From Marsupella aquatica (Eukaryota; Plantae; Marchantiophyta), in assembly GCA_973895155.1 (NCBI GenBank), contig OZ316898.1, positions 2,331,927-2,395,926 of the forward strand: a stretch of DNA of 64,000 nucleotides, read 5' to 3'. Made by a program: the position numbers and the translations under genes. Shown in pieces: positions 14,265 to 26,227 of this stretch (position 1 is its first letter; every line of letters begins with the position of its first letter). The notes beneath the pieces are model-generated. The model made no database searches and was not told the origin of the DNA. It saw only the letters and a list, made by a program, of their open reading frames with translations.

Positions 14265-14518
14265 ATCATCACTAGCCATGATAGAAATGGGGTACACCTT
14301 GGGTACACCAAGTTTCACCATAAATAGTATATAAAAAGTGTGTATATTTACATGTTCAAAAAATAAAAAATAAAAAAATAATAATAAAAAAATAAAAAAA
14401 TAAAAAGTATTATTTCCAGAATTTGTGGAGCAATATGGAACACGAGGAGAAGAATGAGAGTAAAGTGAAACATGGAGTAGTCTTAGACATTGCCCACTTT
14501 TATATGGCTAGTGGCTGT
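14265..14518. mobile_element. Second copy of the TTAA-flanked MITE, inverted, with an internal A-rich expansion
   Basis: ttaa|atcatcactagccat ... atggctagtggctgt|ttaa. The internal sequence is the reverse complement of the copy at 13533-13696. Confidence 0.6.
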
Positions 14519-14696
14519 TTAAGTCCATCCCTTAGTCACATCTCACCTGTCTTGCCTTTCTGAAACCCTCGACTTCTAAAACCCAAAACCCTGGACCCGG
14601 ATGGACTGCTGCACTCTTTTTACAAGATTGTTATTCTACAAGAGTCTCTCGTTCTTAAACTCCCCTATGATGGATTGCAAAGAGAGAGAGCTGGGA

Positions 14697-14892
14697 TGGG
14701 ATCTCTGTCAAAACCTTTGAGCTTGGATGGAATCTCAGTCCAAGCCTTTGAACTTGGATGGGATCTCAGTCCAAACCTTTGAGCTTGGATGGAATCTTAG
14801 TCCAAACCTTTGAACTTGGATGGGATCTCAGTCCAAACCTTTGAGCTTGGATGGAATCTCAGTCCAAACCTTTGAGCTTGGGTGGGATCTCA
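14697..14892. repeat. 31-bp tandem minisatellite, ~6 copies (ggRatctcagtccaaacctttgaRcttggat)
   Basis: Near-perfect head-to-tail units with no spacers. Confidence 0.9.
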
Positions 14893-15993
14893 AAACGATC
14901 TTAGTCAGGAAAGCGAGCGAGCGTACTCTGAATTCATGTCTGTGAGTACACCATTCCGTTTGAGACAAATGTTATACGAGTGAGCTATGGAGTCGAAGAG
15001 AAATGAGGTTTAGACGGTGACCCGAAGAAGAATCACTGGAAGGAAACCCTGTCTCTCTACTTTCTACGGAAGGTATGTGTTGATTTTGAGAGAGTAGCCG
15101 GCACAAATCTTGGGGAAGATTTGTCGCAAACTAATCACTAAAAAACCACTGGCCACGACAAGTGACGATGGGAGACTAGAAAGGAAGAAGGGGAAAAAGA
15201 AATGCCTGAAAACTAGAAAAGACTACTCCGTGACATCGATGCGTTTGATTTGAGCTCTGTATGAGCGGACAGAAGTAAGGAGAGGATACAATCCCTCCCC
15301 AGGAAGATCGGATCAGGGAACGAGAGTATGTTCTTTTAGGTGTGCACTAGCGTTACCTCTCGTTGTGCCCTCTCGCCTTGTCCAACACACTCTCGGTGAG
15401 TGTTCGTTTGATTCTTTCAATTTGTTCGCCATTACGTGTAAGCATTTGTCGGAGCTCCGCGCAGCAATGTTAGCTCTACTAAGACTTTGTCTCGTTCATT
15501 TCGATCCCAACTGTTATGGTTAAGTATTTTCTCAAGCTCCGCAAAGAAATCTTTCTCTTGCGAAGACTGTTTGTGCAGGGGTTTTTCGAGTGATCTTCGA
15601 ATTTGACTCTTAATTGCCACTAACTTTTTTGCTTGTGTATTTTAGAGTTGCAGTTTACTTGAACGGTGTGGGGCACCGGGATTCGCGGTTATCGAGATCG
15701 AACAAGCAACTGAAAGGAATCTAAGAATCTAAGTATCTGCATAATCTCCCCCGGTTTCTTCCCCTGCCCTGCGATTTCTCCCTGCGGACAAGGGCCCTGT
15801 TGACGGAGAGACGACAATTTTGGTCGTGAGAGCCCTCACTTTGCTGGGGAATCTTCGTTTTAATAATTTCGGTGTTGGAGGGGCAGCGAACACTTTTGGA
15901 GATCTAGCTGATCAATTACCCAATCACTTGCCTGCCTCGTGATCTATACTTCGCTGGGCTGTTCAGAAAGTGGTTTACTGAACTTCAATCCCT

Positions 15994-18265
15994 ATGTCTG
16001 GCCGTGATGCGGGGAGTGGTCAGGAGGCTCACGAAGAGATGGAATTCTCGCCCACACCTCAACAGCAGGTACCCCTTGAATTGCAATCTCTGATTCTTCT
16101 ATACGATATGGTCTTCTTTTTCCTCGCACAGGTTTCATGGAATCTGTTCCTCCGAATTGAGCCATCTGCGATCGGGACCAACGGGTTGTTTTCTTATTAT
16201 TAAAGATAGTCAGCGATTTGAGAGATTGTGATGCCTCCTGATTCCACATTTTCCCGCTCATGTTTGAAGGGATATGTGTACGAGTTGGGGGAAATGTTCT
16301 TGATTATAGCTAAACGATCGGGATCAGAGCATTAAATTATAAGATTGTAAGCCGGGATCTGCCTAAGCCCTCCAGACTATGATTGTCATCTCCAAACTGT
16401 TTTAGTAATTTTGTTTGGACCCCTTTTTGGATTGAATTCAATTAATTGAATGGTGGCAGTATTGGTTAGGTTTCCCTGTTGCAATCCTCCTTCCCGGACG
16501 TGCGTTTGCGTTGCAATTCTTCTTCCTGGCTTTGCGGTCAGATAACATACACTCTTCAGATGCTGAGATATTGTATCAGGTCTCATTATTCGTCCTGTTT
16601 TGCCATTGAAGGAGGCTATGCTGAAGAAGAAGTATGGCGGTCGAATTCCCAAAAAGCCACCCCTAATTTCAAAGGTACTGCTCTTGCAAATTTACAGTAG
16701 ACAGCCTAGGGTCACGTGTTATTGGCTAGATTTCGTTGCACGTTGAATTACATGAATGGGACTTCACGACTTGCCACTAGGAGCCGGTATTTGTAGAGCT
16801 ACTTCAGACTTCAGTTCCTACCAGTGTCTCTTGCGTCTCACTGAGCGTAATTACAGTTCGATAACGTGGTTTTCCCGGATTTGTCTCTGCAGGATCATGA
16901 GCGTGCATTTTTTGATTCTGCAGACTGGGCTCTTGGGAAGGTTAGCACAGCACTCCGGATCAGGCTGCTCTGAATTCGTGCAGGATATGAAGCTTGTTGT
17001 TGCAGGAACCGCCCCGATAAGTCTGTCACTGAAGTCTCCTCGTAAGCTAGAGAACGACAGCGAGAATGAAAAGAATGGATATCCTGTGACAGGATCTTAT
17101 CAGGGCCATGGAAGTGAGACACCTCCTGAGATGGCTTTAATTAAGAACCGCAGGGTTCCTGCTAATACTTGAAAAGTCAAATGATAGGGAAGAGTGTCTA
17201 TCTTAGAGTCTCAGTGCGTCTTCCGGCTCAATGGTGACTTATCTACACTCTCAGGAGACTTAGATTGATGGCTGACAAGCCAGATGGTACTGAAGCTTTC
17301 ATCTTGCCTGATCATGTACAGCAAGGAGCACCTCCAAACCCCCTCCTTAGCGGTGCCAAACCTCGGAGCTCAATGGAAGCTCTCCGACCCAAGTTGCAGG
17401 TTAGCTTCTGCAGATGAAATGCCTGGTCCGATTTAGTGCAGGTTCCTGCAAATTTTGCTGCATATACTTGTAATCGAAACCTCTGTGGTGCAATGATTCA
17501 ACATCGCAGCTGTTATTTCCTTGTCTCACTGACATTCTTTTGTTCCTGTAGATGCAAGTGAATTTGATGTTACGTGACAAGTCACTGTATGCAGATGTTG
17601 TGTCTAATCTGACCAGTAGGACACTTAATAGGAGTTGCGTTGAGCAGTTTTTGAGCATACATTGTTATTGATGACCTTCGTTTGTATGGTAGCCAACCCC
17701 ACATCAACCACTCCCAGCACGACGATCATCTTACACTGCTCCCGATGGAGAAGGTAAGGAAGTTGGACTGGAATGTAAGCGACTTTCCATCTACTCGTCA
17801 GCTGCGTGCATGCTGAGGGTTATCAGAACAGTGGAATGTCTGGTTGTAAAGTATTAGGAACACATTAAAATCTCACAAAAAATTTGAGGAACAGGCCAGT
17901 TGAAATGAGAAACGTGCTCGGTCCCGCACTGCATCTCACCGGCCAGATTGTGGATGATATTAAGTTATATCAGCTGGAGTAAATTGACCAAATTTAAAGC
18001 TTGACCTTTAATGGGCCCTTGCTGTCATGCATTCCTCACAAACACGACTGTAGTTAGCGAAGTACACCACCTGAGAGAGCATTCCGGAATGGCGGATTTC
18101 ACCTTGTCAACCGTGTCAACCCCAGAGTAGGAGCAATATTATTGTTGGTGGTCTGACATGAAACGAGCAGTGGGTAGAATTAGAGCTGATGGTGTTTGTG
18201 CACAATTGCAATTTGCAGAAGGGGAGCCAGGTTCTGCACCTGAGGGTGAATCTACACCGAACTAG
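15994..18265 (+). CDS. Endosulfine / cAMP-regulated phosphoprotein 19 (ENSA/ARPP19 family), 6 exons, ~123 aa
   Basis: Exons 15994-16068, 16612-16674, 16893-16940, 17322-17399, 17693-17753 and 18219-18265 (all GT-AG, 372 nt) give MSGRD..PTPQQQ-EAMLKKKYGGRIPKKPPLISK-DHERAFFDSADWALGK-..EALRPKLQ-PTPHQ..*. FDSADW is the endosulfine signature. Confidence 0.93.
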
Positions 18266-20369
18266 CTCACCGTGGACAGCTATAGATGCTTTTTACGTTC
18301 GTGATGTTTTAATAATTTCAGCAACAAGGGTGAAGAACATCCGTCTGGGAGATCTAAAGAGTTTGTAGCAAGGGAAAGAGAGAATGCGACAGCGTGGTTT
18401 ATGTGTGAAAAGAAGAAGGAAGCCGAATGGATTTTTGTCTAATGAAGATATTTATTGGAGGCAGTGAAACTTTACAATGATCTTGGCTGGTCCTATCGCC
18501 GCACAAAATGGAGTGGAAAATTGTTAGGGCTGGTCCTCACGACTTCACTGGTTGCAGGGGAGTTTTAAGCCTTTCTGAATTTGCAGCTGGGACTATAATT
18601 TCTCTCGATTAACAGCAGCCGTTCCCATTTTATGGCTGCTTCTAGTCAGATTGAAAACTGCAAGCGAAAGAGGAACACTAGAGAGGTTTCTGGCTCAGTG
18701 GGCAAACACAAATTTATTCTTTGTAGCTTTTTTACGGACAGGGTCGATCCACGCTGTGATTAAACGAGTACGCATGTTGGAGTTCATAAGAGACAGTTCC
18801 GAAGACACTTATGAAATGGTCCGTAGATTTGAAGGAGGAAAACAATTACCCGAAGTTTGGGTTAGGAAAGAACCTCACGATTCCCTGGTTCCGAAGATGA
18901 GAATTGGATCATAATTCTTGATACGGCTGGCTTCACCGGAATTCGATCTGTTACCGCCCTAAGATATCGAGCCGAAAGATTGAGTGTTGGGGAGATTGAG
19001 TGTTGGGGAGATTGTTGGTGGAAAGGACCTCAAAAGAGAGAGAGCATGATCCAGGGAGATCCCCAACCCTCCCCGTCAACAAGTCCACGCCTGAAGGCAT
19101 GATAAACCCCATGACGTACAAAAGCCACTCACATCGCTGTCATGTAACATCCGTTCAATGTTTTTGAACAAAAACAAAGTATGGTAAATCAAGAACGATC
19201 ATTTGAAAGTGTTGAATGAGTCCTTCGAGAGCACGACCTGGCTGCTCCAGGAGTGGCCTCCATGTGCTTTCTCTAATCATATACGAAACGTGTGACTATC
19301 AGCCCTGTGACTGATGAACGAATTTTCTTCAGCGTCTTCAAGCTTTGCCGATACTTCCGCTTGCACAATTTCAACGAGGAGAACTGTTGTGTGGTTGGAA
19401 TCAACATTCCACATGCACAGTCCAGAAGATGGTGACATAGTACTTCTTGGCTCCAATGCTACTGGACTTCACAGTCTGACACTTCTCCTTGTCTGCCTCT
19501 ACAATTAGAGTGCGAACGAGGGAAATCTTCTTCACTCCTAAAGAGGACGTTTCCATGCTGTCATGAAAGCGTGGCACCATTTATTGGCTCAATTGATAGC
19601 TGACACTTGAAGGAAAGAAGGGTTGAATAGCTGAGGAGTCCAGAAGAGGGAGGAGCTGGAGCTGGAGTACCCTTTGCCAGTTTTTCGTTTTATTCCTCAT
19701 GCTTCGACCAGACTCGAGCCAGTGGGAGAGAATCGTTAAGATCAACGCGTCGAAATTCCAGTTGTACCCCACTAATGGAAAATGGATGATGCAAGAGAGA
19801 GGATAAAGAGCTGGGAGAGATAGTTTCCTATTGAGTAAATATAAAATTCTGTCAGTTTGCCACCACGAGTTAGTGCTCCCTAGATGCACAAAGGTGGAAA
19901 CGAGAAAAGAGCACACAAATTAAATTTGGACCCCTTCTAAGTTTAGTTAACTTAAAGTATTCAGAATTTATTTTGGCTCCCCTCATAACTGTTTAATCTT
20001 TTCTTTTCAATCACTCCTTAGTGTATCTTTTCTCATGAGAGTTAAGACAGGACATTATGGATATAGTAGAGGACTTACACACCAGTCACTTTGGTTCTAT
20101 ACCCAATTTAGATACTATACTGGATGTGTGTACTTAATGGAGGTGTGAGAGACGTTCTAAATTCAGAGAGATTGGCAATATCAACACATATTAATGTCAA
20201 AATCTGGTACGGCTAGAGAGATGGCTTCCCACTGCCAGCAGCATTGCCCAACCATAGCAATGATATAATTACACAAAACTAGACCTTGTCTCTATGCGAC
20301 CTTGTCTCTGTGCAGCAGATGCTGGCTCAATGGTAGTAGAGCAAACTTGGGTCCAACAGGTGTGGGGTT

Positions 20370-22780
20370 TGAATCTTCTAAAATTGAACTGTTGCAATTC
20401 TAGCGATATGCTCTCGAAAACTGGTGGCAAAAGAGAAAGCAGCAGAGGTCTCAGTTGCTGTCTTGGTGGCAATATCCGTCTTTCATCGTCTAACACACCC
20501 CTTGGTTCGAATCCTGGTGGTGACGAGTCTGCTGAAGCCCGTAAGACTCTATGGCTTCGCGGTTTAAACTGGAGGCTCGTCAGGTAACTAATTTATTCTC
20601 AGAGTCTTCCATTACAAGCTGTTTATATCATGGCTACTCTGACATCACGTGAACTCTGTTTGAAGTTTGGTACAAAGCAAAACAAATAAGGAAGTGACAA
20701 ATGAAAAATTCATTACACTTACGGTTTGCTTTTGCAGGTGAATGACTCCTTGTATGAGCTCTACAAGCCTGACGGTGATCCCGGGACGCAAATACTATTC
20801 TTTCACGGGCTTGCATTTGGGAAGTGCTCAGAAGTACACCTATCTACCTGGATAAGTGGGGACGGATCTTGTATTTGGCCGAAGGTTTGGTTGGCGAAGG
20901 AGTTCCCTAATGCACACATCCTGGTTGTCTCTTACAATGAAGGCCTCAAACAAGGTTCTGCTGAAAGCTTTGACATTCCAGAAAGCAGTCAAATCATTCG
21001 AGAGAACTTGATCAGTGATCTGATCCAGGCTAACGTTGGTCAGAACGCTAACTGCCCCGTGGTCTTGGTGGGCCATTCTTTTGGGGGTCTGGTCATCAAA
21101 GATATGTGCCTTGATCTGCACAGCATGCTTGTTTCCTCCCCGGACCCCGCCACGGACAAGGCAAAGGTCCAGAAATTTCTTGATAACTTGAGAGGGGTAT
21201 TTTACTATAGTACCCCTCATCGCGGCAGTAAAGATATACGACGAGCAGCAGGTGTCTTGAGCGGCCCCTTGTTGGAGTACTTCACAGTGTTAGGATTTGG
21301 CTGCTCCCGATTGAATTACCTCTTCAATCTATTGTGCAACTCTGACTGTAACTTGAAAATAGGGGGATTGGGGGAAGGGCTCCCTGTAAAATGGGTAAAC
21401 TAAGACGCAGCTGCTATCTTTTCTGCTCATTACTTAATGTCTCTTTCCTTTAGTCAAGTATCAACCCCTGTCATATATGGATTTTGGCATTCATTTACAC
21501 ATTGGCACTGCGGTTGCTTGATTAGCTTGAAGTGGCCGACTGTTGTGTAGAGTAGACATATTTTAAATCTTGTATGAATTCGAACCCGACCGGGTAGCTA
21601 GCGTACATATTGGTATCTTTCGTGCGTTATTCGCGAATTGATTGAGTCCAAGGTCGACGTTTAACCGGCAAAGCGAAGTTGATTGTATCTATTTCGTTTG
21701 CATCAATTTGACTTGTGTGTCGTGGTCGAGCAGGGCATTTTTCAAGGTATTGTCATAGTACCCGAAGAATCAGCCACAGATCGGAGGGAATTTGATGTTG
21801 ACAGTAGCGCAGACCATTTCTCCGTGTGCAGACCAGAGAACACAACCTCAACCAGGTTCAAGGCCCTCACAAGACTCCTTCGCTGGATTTACAACGATTT
21901 AAAGGTTGGTGAACTACAGTTCGACCTTCAGCTGAAGAAGCTACTTAGGTTGTCATTTCATGCAACGTGTGGGGCATCTCTTTGTTTCTCAATACCTGAG
22001 ACCTGTGCCATGTCTCCTTAATTGAAAGCTCGAAATTCACATGGATTAGAAGAATTTAGGATTGCGATTTTTCTAACGGGCTATGTTGTTGCATATGTAG
22101 GATAAAAACGCCATACAAGCAAGCTCTTCTACAGGATATGGAACATCTCCCGAAGCAAATGATCAATAGGGATGGTGTTTTAGAGGAGATCAAATTTGGC
22201 TTAAGAAATCTACAACGCTGGGCTTTGTCGGGAAGACCACTCTTGCAATGGCGGTCTTTAATGAACTGACTCCGGCATATTTTTGAGTACGGTTGTTATG
22301 TCGGGTTGTTATGTCCATAAGTAGAAGTTGATAGCGGGGTTGATTTAGGGTTTAGGACCCTTCTGAGGAACTTGGACGATATTTACGAGGTCCCGTTACT
22401 GGACCATCAAAATGCCCAGAAGCTGTTGCAAAGCCATGCTCTCCCAAACCAAGCAATTTTACCAGCAAACTTGGAAAGGAATATGAAGGCCGTTGTGGCC
22501 AAGTGTGGGGGCCTGCCTCTAACGCTTGAAGCTCTCGGAAGTTACCTAAAACTGAAAAAGGATAGCAAATTTTGGAAAGCAAGCTTTGGAGGTGGCCGAG
22601 GCTATCGAAGACCTTGAGAAGGGGTTGTGGGCAGAGCTGACAGTAAGCTATGTTGGACTTCATGAGGTCAAGTAGCAAATGAATGTTCCTAGAGGCTACA
22701 GCTTTCTTCGGCTGAAGATTCAAGAATGGGTATATATCTTTGCGCAAGGCATAAGCGGCTTGGAGGAAAGCTTCATGCAT
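20370..22780 (+). pseudogene. Truncated hydrolase-NB-ARC NLR pseudogene (paralog of 26228-32824)
   Basis: Hydrolase exon (FFHGL, GHSFGG, STPH) and the ADHFSVCRP exon are retained. The first exon is degraded, the P-loop is collapsed by deletion (gtcgggaagacc), the kinase-2 region is missing, GGLPL is followed by frameshifts and stops, and there is no LRR. Confidence 0.85.
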
Positions 22781-23405
22781 TGGTATCTCTTTTAACTATC
22801 ATCATTTACACTTTGACCATCTTCGACATTGACAGCACTTTCCGGATGTCATGATTCTAGCTTTAATTTGCAAAGATAACAAGGACACATCTACAATCAC
22901 GTACAACAACCACAACAAAATGTGTGCAACGCTTCCAGGGCATATGGCTAGTTATCTTCATAAGATAATTTAAAAAAAATAAATTAGATTAGGATTGCAC
23001 TTGCATGGTATACTCGAAATATACTAAATTCACCCCAGCCATACTGTAAAACACATTTTCCAGTTCCATGGGTGGACTTTGTGGCCCACTGTGGTACCCC
23101 TAAGTCCAAGAAGGCACTTTAAAGGAAGATGGTCACAAGTGGATGCTGGTAGTAGCACCATAAGCTCCCAATCAGAAGCCCCATATATTAACCTTACTAG
23201 AAGTAGCATTGCCACTCCCAATCTTGAGCTCCGGCCATCAACCTGATCATCATGGTGCTAGAAGTAGCATGGCCAACAGAGATAAAGGCCAAAAATAGGA
23301 GACCAAAACTAGTGGGGGGTGACAGGTATCCACAAACCTGTAACCAGAAACATGTAAGAGAGGAGTAGAAGGTCTAAGTACCCTCTCTAAGCCATCAAAT
23401 TGCTG

Positions 23406-23707
23406 TCAGGGTCCTCATTAATTCAGTTTTCCTCTTCCGACCCATTACAAGCAAGCAAGTACATGGTTTCTTATGGTTTTGTAAAAGACTTTAAGATTTT
23501 GTGGAAGAAGTTATGGGCCTTTTCGTTTGAGCATTTAAAGAGAAGACAGCTGAGGGGTATTTTAACAGAGATTGAGAATATTCCTAGAATAGTTTAAAAG
23601 ATAGGGGTAAAACATAAGTTTCAGAAAATTCTTATTTTTTAGAGTGTTTTGACCCAAAACTATTGTGCCTGATGTATGTAGGACCCCTTTAGAGTGAGAC
23701 CCCATGA
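23406..23707. mobile_element. Second degenerate MITE relative of the P-like transposon
   Basis: The left end 'gggtcctca...cttccgacccattac' matches the reverse complement of the P-like right end 'gggtcctca...cttccgacccatcac'. The right end is 'ggacccctttagagtgagacccc'. Possible decayed TSD aattgctg/gactactg (5/8). Confidence 0.65.
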
Positions 23708-26227
23708 GACTACTGTGATCATTTGAGATGTGTAGTTGCTTAATCTAGGTCAATGGGGCCGGGCAGTACCGTTAGGCATTGAGGCATGCTTTCAAGGGGA
23801 TATCTATTATTGCTCTCTGACTCTACACCAGTGAGGCACAGAAAAGCCCATAGGGCAATGATGCATTGATGTATTTAAGGGTAAGAGTTAAGGAATTTGG
23901 TTGGCTTCCCCTAAGAGGTGATCCCGGTGTGTCATCTCTGGGGCATGCCAGGGGTTCCTTTCATTGTTGTCAGTGCAGGGTGGACCATAGCTTGGGATCC
24001 ACATGTGATCTCAAGAAGCAAGTGAATGTGTTACAAAGCAAGACACAGGGGCTATTAGAGAAGAAGGTCAATGAACTCTTGGTTTGGTCCCCGTTTGGGT
24101 TGGCGGCTACTATGGGTTCATTTCGAAGCCAAAGGGAAGGTATTCGGACAGGACTGTAGTTACTTTGGTTGCTATTATTCTAGGTTTTGAAAAGAGTTTA
24201 TAATTCAACACTTACTGCTAAAATTAACTACCTAATGGAGTTTGAGAGAGACCGCAGGATTCAGAACTTTTATGAGCATGTGACTCCAATCCATCGCATG
24301 AAATATTTGCCATTTGGCACACGGCTGGGAAGAATTCAACATTTCAAGAAACCAAGAACTTTTATCCAGCTGACTATCAAAGCTGCTTTTTGAGTTTAAG
24401 CTAATTTACAATCAAGGGCCAGTGACCAAGATAAATTAGAGCAGCTAAGAAGAGAGTAGATTAACAGAAAATGATTCGGAAGATACTGCAGTGTCCCCAT
24501 GCTAATCACAATCAAATCATGGTTGCTTGAGTCTTTCCTAATAACCAACTTCTCTATGATTCTTTGTAATCTTGACACGCATGTCAAAAGCCAGTTTGCT
24601 GCTAAACGTGTCAAGAGTAATTGAAACCTGTCAGCCTCATTTTTTTGTTGACGCAAAGAAAATATATATCACCTCGCCCAAGGGCAAAAAATGCCGAACC
24701 GGGAGACATGATCCCAATGGTAAAACAACCCAATGATCAAAGGGAAGGAAAAGAGGGGAGATCTAGATGCTTCAAGTCAAAAGATAAATTTGTGCAAGAT
24801 AATATTCTGTGATGCATTCATAAATAAAACCTCATTTTTTTTTTACTCAAATAAGGATGATCTGGATGCTTCAATTCGAAAGATAAATTAGTGCAAGATA
24901 ATATTCTGTGACACATTCATAAATAAAAGCAGATTGTGCTTGCTATGGAGATATGGGTTATTGTGTATATACAGTTATGGATGGTTTGCACTTACATATT
25001 TGTCATCTAGTCACGATGTCTTGCACTTATGGGAAGTGCAAGAAAAAGTACAAATACACCTAAACATGCCAAACACTTTTGGGAAGAAGAGAATCGATTA
25101 CATTTAACAAGTTTCTTGCACTTGTATGCAGTGGTACACTGCACAGAAAAGCTGGTCGATGGTTAGATTGCAAGTCTAGTTAAATGTTGGCAAGCTCAGC
25201 ACAATGCTTGATGGTCGACCCTCACAAGCAACAAAGTTCACTTTGGTAAAAAACTGCTTACTTTTGCGGATCTCAGGATTGTTCCTGATGCTTTTGCTTC
25301 AATGTGGACGACTTTCTGCTGTACCGGAGTTGAAGTCGATCCAAGACTGAACGAGCCCGATGACAGATCTTAGACACAGCACTGGATTTCTATTCGGCGC
25401 ATCCCTTCCCAAAAGCGATGCAGGGCCGAGGTTCTCTCTACTGGAACCTCTGCATCGCCACTCACTCCGTCCCTACGTTTCCAGATCTGGAGCTTATCAA
25501 TGTAAGGTGACTGTCATCCTACCAAGGTGCAACAACGATGTCCTCTCGAAATGACCCAAATCTCTCCACTATCGCCACATATTCGAAGGGAAAGGTACGT
25601 GCTCGGTTCTGTTTCCTTCCTTTCCTTCCTTTCCTCCGGTTCAGACTGTTCCGTAGTTTGTGTGAGCTCTCTATGAGCTCTCGTTTGCAGATGCAGATGG
25701 GTTTGATGTGGGTTGGTAAGCAAATGTTACATGCTCCTTAATCGGACTAGTGTTGTGAGCAGGTTATCCGCCGATCGGCGCCGAGTTGAAAATGCTCTGC
25801 TATCTTTGGATTCCTCGCAGCCTTCGCACTTCGGGAGATTGTCGTGCCGTTGAACAGGGTGCTGATGAAGTCCACTGATCTTGATCATCAGGTAGATGTT
25901 ATTCACCGAGCTATCCAGAAGACGAGTAGCGCTTAGCTTAAAACTTTCAAATAGAGAAAGTGTGACCTTCCCGGAACGCGAATGCTTCTTGAGCTGTCAT
26001 CTTCTTGAGGATGGATACATCTGACCAGTTCACCTTTTAGCTCTAGGTGTCAATTTTGGACTCGAAATGCCCAGGACGTGTCTAAACGAATGAAAGGATC
26101 CTGAACTTGTGATATGAAGAGGTGGGATCTCAGTAGTTGACTCATTGTGACTGTGGGTAGGTGCAGGTTTTCCAAAGGGTTCTGACTGATGGCGATGCAT
26201 TCTTGAGCTGTCCTGCGCAACTTAGTC

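Larger units (their letters stand above)
12975..14940. repeat. Intergenic region built from ~4 diverged tandem copies of a promoter-proximal unit
   Basis: 'ctgaaa..ctcga.ttct..a.cc.aaaaccct' at ~12979, 13738, 14018 and 14560; 'gctgggatggr.atctc..tccaaacctttga.cttgga' and 'agcaatttt?actcta.attcat' recur. Confidence 0.8.

Noticed and set aside
14697-14892. 31-bp repeats as a CRISPR array
   Set aside because: Head-to-tail with no unique spacers, no cas genes, and a eukaryotic context.
19050-19600. Possible degraded coding remnant on the - strand
   Set aside because: Broken frames with no recognisable motif; would need BLASTX.
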